Below, piece by piece: positions 56,124 through 62,427 of a stretch of DNA of 64,000 nt. The position numbers and the translations under genes are program-made. The notes beneath the pieces are model-generated. The model saw nothing but the letters and a program-made list of their open reading frames with translations, was not told where the DNA came from and made no database searches. The first letter of the stretch is position 1. The number at the start of each line of letters is the position of its first letter. The stretch comes from an uncultured bacterium (GTDB lineage Bacteria > Zhuqueibacterota > QNDG01 > DTFT01). The stretch is from assembly GCA_963736115.1 (NCBI GenBank), contig CAVTNR010000002.1, positions 46,046 through 110,045 on the forward strand, read 5' to 3'.

Positions 56124-56701
56124 TGCCCCTCCTGCCCCGCATTCTCAACTGGTACGCAGGCCGCCCATCGAGCCGGTCCCGGGAGATCATGGACCGGCTG
56201 GAACTGCGTCCGGGCCACTCCGTGGCCGACATCGGCGCCGGCGGGGGATACTTCACGTACGAATTCGCGCGACGGGTGGGTCCGTCCGGCGCGGTTTACG
56301 CGGTGGACGTGAAAATCGCCTGGCTGGACGCCATCCGCAGGGAGTCCTTCCGGCGCGGCCTCCTTCAGGTCGTCCCCGTGTTCGTCCGCAGGGGCGACTT
56401 TGTCCTGCCCGAAGGGAAAATCGATCTGGTTTTCATGCGCGATGTGGTCCACCATCTGCCCGATCCGGCCGCGGTCTTCAGTAAACTGCTCCACCACCTG
56501 TCCGCATCGGGACGTATCGCGATCGTCGATTTCAAGCCCGGAAAAAGCTTCGGAAGGGTTGGACACTGCGTTGATCCGAAGAAGCTCCGCTCCGACATGG
56601 ACCGGTGGGGGTACCGGATGATCCATGACTTGGATTTCATCCCGAATCAGCATTTCCTGGTTTTCGAACCAAAGAAGAAAATGGAACACGGATTGAACTG
56701 A
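56123..56701 (+). CDS. Class I SAM-dependent methyltransferase
   Basis: ATG 56123 overlaps the stop (TGATG). Motif I 'VADIGAGGGYFT'. 192 aa, embedded at the end of a long spurious tracked ORF (54791-56701). Confidence 0.8.
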   Translation: MPLLPRILNWYAGRPSSRSREIMDRLELRPGHSVADIGAGGGYFTYEFARRVGPSGAVYAVDVKIAWLDAIRRESFRRGLLQVVPVFVRRGDFVLPEGKIDLVFMRDVVHHLPDPAAVFSKLLHHLSASGRIAIVDFKPGKSFGRVGHCVDPKKLRSDMDRWGYRMIHDLDFIPNQHFLVFEPKKKMEHGLN

Positions 56702-56796
56702 TGAAGAAGAATGGAACGCGGACAGCGCGGACGTCATGGCGGCGCGGATTGACACGGATAGACGGGCAATATGGTAATGCATTAATTGTAGGGCAT

Positions 56797-56895
56797 GTCA
56801 TCCCCGCGGAAGTGTCTTTTTCATCCGCGTCAGCGGACGGGGATCCAGAGCGGGGTGAGGGGCTGTTGAGTGGCTTTCTATAACAACTCCCCCGC
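56797..56895. repeat. Long-form family B element
   Basis: GTCATCCCCGCGGAAGTGTCTTTTTCATCCGCGTCAGCGGACGGGGATCCAG plus a tail ending TATAACAACTCCCCCGC. Confidence 0.8.
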
Positions 56896-56977
56896 AATCA
56901 CATTGAAAACACAAGGGCCCGTCCCGGACATCGGAACAGGCCCCTTCCATTTTCTTGAATAGACAGACCGCCTCGCC

Positions 56978-57400
56978 TCACGGCGTCACTGGGGCGGACT
57001 CCATGACCGATTCCGGGACCCCCGCATACGCCCGCATCGTGCGGAGCAGGTCGTCGATTTCGGCCTGGGTGATCTGCTGATCCGACAGAACGGCGAAAAC
57101 CCGTGCCCCCAGTAGCTGGACGTCGTCCGGCGTGATGCGGTTTTCGGAATACGCCCGCGCGAAGGCCTGGGCCGTCACCGCGATGTCGTCCTGCTTCTGC
57201 CCGATGTATTCCTTCGGAGCCGTGGCCACGGTTTTCTCTATCATCCGACTGACCTGCGGATACGCCACCTTCGTCATCACGGCCTGCGGATTTTTCATGA
57301 CGTATCGCGCCGCAAGAATACCGGCAAGCGACAGAAGGAGGATGCCGGTGAAAAATCCGACAAAGAACATGCCTGCTTTGGAAAAATGACCGTTGCTCAT
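56978..57400 (-). CDS. Hypothetical membrane-anchored protein
   Basis: ATG 57400 with AAGGAAG upstream. TM 'MFFVGFFTGILLLSLAGILAA'. Soluble C-terminal domain with no recognised motif. Confidence 0.65.
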   Translation of the reverse strand: MSNGHFSKAGMFFVGFFTGILLLSLAGILAARYVMKNPQAVMTKVAYPQVSRMIEKTVATAPKEYIGQKQDDIAVTAQAFARAYSENRITPDDVQLLGARVFAVLSDQQITQAEIDDLLRTMRAYAGVPESVMESAPVTP

Positions 57401-57558
57401 TTTTCTTCCTTTCTGATGTAACAGAATGACTCTTCGGTGAACGCGGACCCGGTCCGCCGTGCTCCGTGCTCCGTGCGCATTGCGTATTGCGCTATGAGAT
57501 ATGCATGAATAATCCCGGCCTTCGGACGCCCTTCCGGGCCGGGCCTCCGGAAAACCCC

Positions 57559-58572
57559 CTACCACACCCCGTCGATGACCGACGCGCATTTCGGGCACCG
57601 GCCCTCCCGGATGCGGTTCGCGGTCACCTGAAACCCCTCCCGCTCGACAAGAACTGCGTTGCATTTCCAGCAGAACGTGATCTCGCTCTCGTCCCCGGGC
57701 ATGTTGCCGGCGTACCGGTACCGCAAACCCTCGCGGCGCCCGATCTCCAGCGCCTTGCGCACGGATCCGGCCGGCGTGGCCGGACGGTCCGTCATCCGGT
57801 ACTGGGGAAAAAACCGGCTCACATGCCAGGGGATGGCCGGATCCACGGACCGGATAAAACCCGCGATGTCGGACAGTTCGGACTCGGAATCATTGATCCC
57901 GGGGATGAGCAGGGTCGTGACCTCAACCCATACGCCGAGGGCCCGCATCAGCCGGATGGCGTCCAGAACAGGTTTGAGCGTGGCCCCGCAGATCCGGCGG
58001 TATGTTTCTTCCCTGAACGACTTGATGTCCACGTTCGCGGCGTGCAGAACAGGAGCCGCGGCCCGTATTGATTCCTCGCTGAAATACCCGTTCGTGACAA
58101 AAGTATTGAAAAGGCCGCGCCTGGCGGCCAGGGTCGCAGTATCCAGGGCGTAATCGAAGAATACCGCGGGTTCCGTGTAGGTGTAGGAGAGGATGCGCGC
58201 CCCGGAAGCCACGGCCGCCTCGACGACCGCCTCAGGCGGGAAGTCGTGTCCTTCGTCCGGGATCCAGGCCCTTCCGCGCGGCGCCTGCGAGAGTTCCGAA
58301 TTCTGGCAGTTCAGGCAACTCATGTTGCATCCCGCCGTGGCCACGGAAAACGCCTTCTCACCGGGATGGAAGTGGAAAAATGGTTTCTTCTCGACGGGAT
58401 CCGTGTGCGCCGCGACGGCGCGGCCGTACACGAGGCTGAACAGGGCGCCATCGTGGTTTTCCATGACTCCGCAGACGCCCCGTTTTCCCTCCGCAATCAC
58501 GCACCTGTGGGCGCAGGTGAAACAAGAGACGCGTCCGCCTTCCATCCGGGTGTAATGTCGGGCTTCCTTCAT
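57559..58572 (-). CDS. AmmeMemoRadiSam-system-type radical SAM enzyme
   Basis: N-terminal Cys cluster 'CFTCAHRCVIAEGKRGVCGV'. 'DPVEKKPFFHFHPG'. Radical SAM 'CNMSCLNCQN'. C-terminal 'CWKC...CPKC'. Confidence 0.85.
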   Translation of the reverse strand: MKEARHYTRMEGGRVSCFTCAHRCVIAEGKRGVCGVMENHDGALFSLVYGRAVAAHTDPVEKKPFFHFHPGEKAFSVATAGCNMSCLNCQNSELSQAPRGRAWIPDEGHDFPPEAVVEAAVASGARILSYTYTEPAVFFDYALDTATLAARRGLFNTFVTNGYFSEESIRAAAPVLHAANVDIKSFREETYRRICGATLKPVLDAIRLMRALGVWVEVTTLLIPGINDSESELSDIAGFIRSVDPAIPWHVSRFFPQYRMTDRPATPAGSVRKALEIGRREGLRYRYAGNMPGDESEITFCWKCNAVLVEREGFQVTANRIREGRCPKCASVIDGVW

Positions 58573-58588
58573 TCCGGTCTCCGCCCGT

Positions 58589-59146
58589 TCAGGCGTCTCC
58601 TTCGGACGCCACCGTCAGATCCTTGAAACGTTTTTCGAAAACCTCGAAGGCGGCGCGATCGACGAGGCAGAAAACCACATGACCGATGGACCGGTGCGAA
58701 CGGACGAATTCCAGGACGGTTCCGAGCATAACCGCGGCGCAGCGTTCCATAGCCACGCCGAAGACGCCGGTGCTGACCGCGGGAAAGGCGACCGACCGGA
58801 GATTGTGCTTCTCCGCGGTTTCGAGGCAGGACAGCGTGGCCAGCCGGAGCTTGATGTCCTCGTCCCCCTCGCCCATGCGCGGCCCGACCGTGTGAATGAC
58901 GTACCGGGCCGCCAGTTTCCCGGCGCCGGTGATCGCGCAGGAGCCCGTGGGCACCGTGCCCCGGATCGTCACCCAGAGATCGCTCTCCTCCTGAATGGTC
59001 GGCCCGCCTTTCATGGCGATGGCGGCCGCCACCCCGCCGCCGTGGGAGAGCCGGGAATTCGCGGCGTTCACGATGGCATCGGTTTCCATTTCCGTGATGT
59101 CGCGGACCGCGATCTCCACGACCGTTTCACCGATGGTCCGCTTCAT
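58589..59146 (-). CDS. Macro domain protein (ADP-ribose/O-acetyl-ADP-ribose binding or hydrolase)
   Basis: ATG 59146 overlaps the upstream stop (ATGA). 'DAIVNAANSRLSHGGGVAAAI', 'SVAFPAVSTGVFG'. Confidence 0.85.
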   Translation of the reverse strand: MKRTIGETVVEIAVRDITEMETDAIVNAANSRLSHGGGVAAAIAMKGGPTIQEESDLWVTIRGTVPTGSCAITGAGKLAARYVIHTVGPRMGEGDEDIKLRLATLSCLETAEKHNLRSVAFPAVSTGVFGVAMERCAAVMLGTVLEFVRSHRSIGHVVFCLVDRAAFEVFEKRFKDLTVASEGDA

Positions 59147-59742
59147 GCCGGTTCCCCGGAACGGTTCCGGTTGCGGTCTTTCCGAACGCCCCTGCGGGAA
59201 GCCAGGTCCTCCGCCGTCCGCCAAACCCTCAGCACGGCCCATGCAATCAGAACGCCCGCCAGGAACCCGACCGCGACATCGGACGGATAATGAACGCCCA
59301 CGACAATGCGCGAGAGACCGATGCAGAACGCGATGAAGGCAACGGGCCATCCCCACCGGCCGTGTCGGACGCAGAACAGGCAGGCCATGGCCGCGGTGTT
59401 GGCGGCATGGGAGGAGGGAAAGGACCGGGAGTGCGGCTGGGAGATGAGAAGCCTCACGTGTTCCAGCGTGTAGCACGGCCGGTCGCGGCCGACGAGCGGC
59501 TTGATGACGAAATTCACGATCTGGTCGGAGAAAACCAGAATGACCACCGCGAGCGCGGCCGTGATGCGCCCTTTTCTCCCGCCGAACACCACCAGCGCCA
59601 GAACGCCCAGGACAATGGGCGCGATCCAGTGCTCCTCTTCCGTAATGAACGGCATCACGGCGTCGAGCACCGGATTCGCGATGTTCCGGTTCAGGAAATG
59701 AAAAACGGCCTTGTCGACGGAATACAGGAAATCGGCGATCAT
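59143..59742 (-). CDS. PAP2 family phosphatase (membrane)
   Basis: 'KPLVGRDRP', 'SFPSSHAA', 'SRIVVGVHYPSDV'. Confidence 0.85.
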   Translation of the reverse strand: MIADFLYSVDKAVFHFLNRNIANPVLDAVMPFITEEEHWIAPIVLGVLALVVFGGRKGRITAALAVVILVFSDQIVNFVIKPLVGRDRPCYTLEHVRLLISQPHSRSFPSSHAANTAAMACLFCVRHGRWGWPVAFIAFCIGLSRIVVGVHYPSDVAVGFLAGVLIAWAVLRVWRTAEDLASRRGVRKDRNRNRSGEPA

Positions 59743-59816
59743 CAGGCTTTTCCCTGCCCCAGTGCTTGATAAATTCCCGACCTTCTAAAAAGAACCCCGC
59801 CGGAGGCCTGGCAGCT

Positions 59817-60069
59817 GATTGAAGCTCCCCGCCGTCCCGCTGCGCGGGACCAAGCAATTAGATGCCTTCTGATTGAAGGCAAGCGGCGGGGAATCTTCTA
59901 TCTGTAGAGAAGAAACATCTGAGATTCGCTCGCATAACCCCGCGGCCCCGCTGCGCGGGATCTAGCAATCATACTTACGAATTATTGAAGACAAGCCGCG
60001 GGCCTTCAACAAGAAAAGATCTTGTTGCTTGGTCCCGCGCAGCGGGGGAATACGCTCGCTGTCAGATTC
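59817..60069. repeat. Largest family A mosaic repeat cluster
   Basis: Five modules, including three copies of the CCCGC-(TGC/GCA)-GCGGG hairpin in both orientations. Collinear with 2345-2552. Confidence 0.85.
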
Positions 60070-60128
60070 AACGGGGATATCGATCCTTCATAAATTAGCA
60101 TTTGTTCGGGCGGGAGTCAACACATTCC

Positions 60129-61397
60129 TTACGCGAACACAACGCGCTTGTGACGTTTCTTGCCCGCAGACAGGACCAGGGCCCCGTCTTTCAAGTCCGC
60201 GGACGAGATCTCGAGGGAGGGGTCGCTCACGGGCCTGTCGTTGATGTAGGCGCCGCCGCCCTGGATGAGACGCCGGGCCTCGCCGTTCGAGGCGCACATT
60301 CCGGACTCCACGAACAGCTTCACCACCCAGAGCTTCTTGTCCAGGAGGGAGACGGGCAGGGTCACGGCAGGCAGTTCCGCCTGGCCGGACTCCACGCCGA
60401 GAATGCCGGACGATGTGGCGACCTTTTGTTCCGGGTCCGCGGAGCCGAACTGCGAGGTCATGGAGCGGTATGCGGCCACGGCCTGCTCACGTCCGTGGGA
60501 CAGCCGGGTTGCTTCGTAAGCGAGAATCTCCTTGGCCCGGTTGACATTCTCCCCGGTCAGCCGCCGGACCTCGTCCATGGGGAGCCGCGTGAAGAGGCCG
60601 AGATACCGCTCGACATCCCGGTCGTCGGTGTTGCGGAAGTACTGGTAGAAGTCCACGACGGGCGTGCGGGCCGCGTCAAGCCAGACGGCATTGCCCGCGG
60701 ACTTGCCGAATTTTTCGCCCGACGCGGTGGTGATGAGCGGGAAGGTCATTCCGTACACCTGGCGGTTGAGCTTGCGCCGCGTCAAGTCGGACCCCGCCAC
60801 GATGTTGCCCCACTGGTCCTGGCCGCCCATCTGAAGCAGGCAGTCATGGTCGCGGGCCAGCACGTAGAAGTCGTACGCCTGAAGCAGCATGTAATTGAAT
60901 TCGATGAAGGACAGCCCGGTCTCAAGCCGGAGCTTGACGCTTTCCGCCGTAAGCATCTTGTTGATGCTGAAATGCACCCCCACGTCGCGCAGGAATTCGA
61001 TGTAGTTCAGTGGAAGAAGCCAGTCCGCGTTGTTGAGCAGAAGCGCCCGGTCGGCGGTGAAGTCGAGGTACCGGGCGAACTGGCTTTTGATTTTCAGGCC
61101 GAACGCCTGGATCTTTTCGACGGTGAGCATCTGCCGCATTTCGGACTTACCGCTCGGATCGCCCACCATGGTCGTACCGCCGCCCAGAAGCGCGATCGGC
61201 CGATGGCCGCAGGACTGCATGTGGACCAGGGCCATGATGGGCACCAGACTGCCGATGTGCAGGGAATCCGCGGTCGCGTCGAATCCGATATAGCAGGTCA
61301 CGGGCTTCGAGCCGAGCATGGCGTCGAGGCCGTCGTCGTCGGTCGTCTGGTGGAGGAAACCCCGTTCTTTCAGGATGCGGAAGGCGTTGCCCGTCAT
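60129..61397 (-). CDS. tyrS: Tyrosine--tRNA ligase
   Basis: HIGH-type 'DSLHIGS', KMSKS-type 'KFGKS', C-terminal S4 domain. 422 aa. Confidence 0.95.
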   Translation of the reverse strand: MTGNAFRILKERGFLHQTTDDDGLDAMLGSKPVTCYIGFDATADSLHIGSLVPIMALVHMQSCGHRPIALLGGGTTMVGDPSGKSEMRQMLTVEKIQAFGLKIKSQFARYLDFTADRALLLNNADWLLPLNYIEFLRDVGVHFSINKMLTAESVKLRLETGLSFIEFNYMLLQAYDFYVLARDHDCLLQMGGQDQWGNIVAGSDLTRRKLNRQVYGMTFPLITTASGEKFGKSAGNAVWLDAARTPVVDFYQYFRNTDDRDVERYLGLFTRLPMDEVRRLTGENVNRAKEILAYEATRLSHGREQAVAAYRSMTSQFGSADPEQKVATSSGILGVESGQAELPAVTLPVSLLDKKLWVVKLFVESGMCASNGEARRLIQGGGAYINDRPVSDPSLEISSADLKDGALVLSAGKKRHKRVVFA

Positions 61398-61440
61398 TCG
61401 GTCTCCGGTGTCATGAGTGATTTCCGAATCTACACTTCAT

Positions 61441-61538
61441 GTCATTCCCGCGAAAGTTTCATTTTGAATCCGCGTCAGCGGACGGGGATCCAGTCTTTGT
61501 ATTACTTCTATAATAGCCTCGGCAGACCCTTCCCCCGC
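61441..61538. repeat. Long-form family B element in the tyrS upstream region
   Basis: GTCATTCCCGCGAAAGTTTCATTTTGAATCCGCGTCAGCGGACGGGGATCCAG plus a tail ending TATAATAGCC..CCCCCGC. Confidence 0.8.
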
Positions 61539-61550
61539 ACCTGGACCTTC

Positions 61551-61617
61551 GGCCGCTTAAAAATCGCGGGCCTTCAATATATCGAGAATATAATCGCTTG
61601 GTCCCGCGCAAGCGGGG
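61551..61617. repeat. Family A sub-module pair
   Basis: GGCCGCTTAAAAATCGCGGGCCTTCAAT - 18 nt - CTTGGTCCCGCGCAAGCGGGG. Confidence 0.75.
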
Positions 61618-61674
61618 CATGACATACCGTATTTGCTCATTAGAAACGGAGAAATGTGATGAATCCTGCCTTCG

Positions 61675-62136
61675 TCACCCCTTCTTCCGCATCGCACGCT
61701 CGATGGCCCGCTTGGCGTCGCGCTCGGCCAGGTCTTCCCGGCGGTCGTACAGTTTCTTGCCGCGTCCCACCGCGAGCTCGACCTTGGCCTTGCCTCCTTT
61801 AAAATACACCTTCAGCGCCACCAAAGTCAATCCCTTTTCCTGTATCTTCCCGGTCAGTTTTCGGATTTCCTTGCGGTGCATCAGCAGTTTCTTCACGCGG
61901 AGAGGCTCGTGGTTGAACCGGCCGGCCTTCTCATAGGCGCTGACATGGAAATTATACAGAAAGACTTCGCCGTTCTCGATGCGGGCGTAACCGTCCTTGA
62001 GATTGGCGCCCCCGGCCCTGAGCGATTTGACCTCGGTGCCGTGCAGAGCCAGTCCAGCCTCGAAAGTGTCGAGGATGGTGTAATCATGCCTCGCCTTGCG
62101 GTTCTGTGTGACGATTTTTATATTGTCATCAGACAT
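61675..62136 (-). CDS. smpB: SsrA-binding protein
   Basis: 'NRKARHDYTILDTFEAGLALHGTEVKSLR'. 153 aa. Confidence 0.95.
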   Translation of the reverse strand: MSDDNIKIVTQNRKARHDYTILDTFEAGLALHGTEVKSLRAGGANLKDGYARIENGEVFLYNFHVSAYEKAGRFNHEPLRVKKLLMHRKEIRKLTGKIQEKGLTLVALKVYFKGGKAKVELAVGRGKKLYDRREDLAERDAKRAIERAMRKKG

Positions 62137-62166
62137 TCAGTCTAATCCTAAAAATATCAGCAGCTT

Positions 62167-62254
62167 GTCGTTCCCGCGAAAGTGTATTTTCCATCCGCGC
62201 CAGCGGACGGAGACCCAGGGGTTAGGGAGGGGGGGTTATATGATACAACTCCGA
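62167..62254. repeat. Long-form family B element between smpB and tRNA-Leu
   Basis: GTCGTTCCCGCGAAAGTGTATTTTCCATCCGCGCCAGCGGACGGAGACCCAG plus a tail with TATATGATACAACTCC. Confidence 0.8.
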
Positions 62255-62262
62255 CAAAACCC

Positions 62263-62291
62263 TTGACATTTCCCCCTGAAATCTTTATTTT
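62263..62291 (+). promoter_or_regulatory. Sigma70-type promoter for tRNA-Leu
   Basis: TTGACA (62263-62268) - 17 nt - TATTTT (62286-62291). The tRNA 5' end is 9 nt downstream. Confidence 0.65.
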
Positions 62292-62300
62292 ACAGCCCTT

Positions 62301-62384
62301 GCCGAAGTGGTGGAATTGGCAGACGCGCTGCGTTCAGGGCGCAGTGTCCTTAAGGACGTGTGGGTTCAACTCCCACCTTCGGCA
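62301..62384 (+). tRNA. tRNA-Leu (anticodon CAG), type II with long variable arm
   Basis: Acceptor GCCGAAG/CTTCGGC with discriminator A. Anticodon stem CTGCG/CGCAG with loop TTCAGGG. Variable arm GTCC-TTAA-GGAC. T-arm GTGGG-TTCAACT-CCCAC. CCA is not encoded. Confidence 0.95.
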
Positions 62385-62390
62385 CCCTTG

Positions 62391-62420
62391 GCCCCGGGCT
62401 TTCAGTCCGGGGCTTTTTTT
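62391..62420 (+). terminator. Rho-independent terminator after tRNA-Leu
   Basis: GCCCCGG - 9-nt loop - CCGGGGC followed by TTTTTTT. It abuts the polA stop on the other strand. Confidence 0.8.
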
Positions 62421-62427
62421 ATCGTCC

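Noticed and set aside
59817-60069. The core hairpin CTTGGTCCCGCGCAGCGGGG(AAT) resembles type I-E CRISPR repeats (…CCCCGCGCCAGCGGGGATAAACC), and the ATTGAAG ends resemble CRISPR repeat termini. This could be a degenerate or orphan CRISPR array.
   Set aside because: Copies are irregularly spaced and occur in both orientations within one locus. They are separated by other conserved modules rather than unique spacers of constant length. No cas genes are in the window.
60102-61622. Long ORFs run antisense to or overlap real genes: 60102-61622, 62182-63594, 40528-41766, 54791-56122, 14219-15334, 31413-32273, 21500-22669, 26122-27216.
   Set aside because: Each lies opposite or out of frame to a gene with strong family motifs. 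Their products are Arg/Gly/Pro-rich and low in complexity, as expected from GC-rich antisense frames, and none has an RBS. 31413-32273 ends in the REP-derived peptide DWIPACAGMT.
61398-61674. Possible T-box leader upstream of tyrS.
   Set aside because: There is no T-box consensus (AATTAGGGTGGTACCGCG-like) or specifier-loop architecture. The region is occupied by family B and family A repeat units.
61398-62300. Looked for tmRNA (ssrA) next to smpB.
   Set aside because: There is no GGGGCTGA-type 5' end, no tag-ORF context and no tRNA-like 3' end (GGTTCGA.TCC...CCA) in either flank. The only tRNA-like structure is tRNA-Leu.
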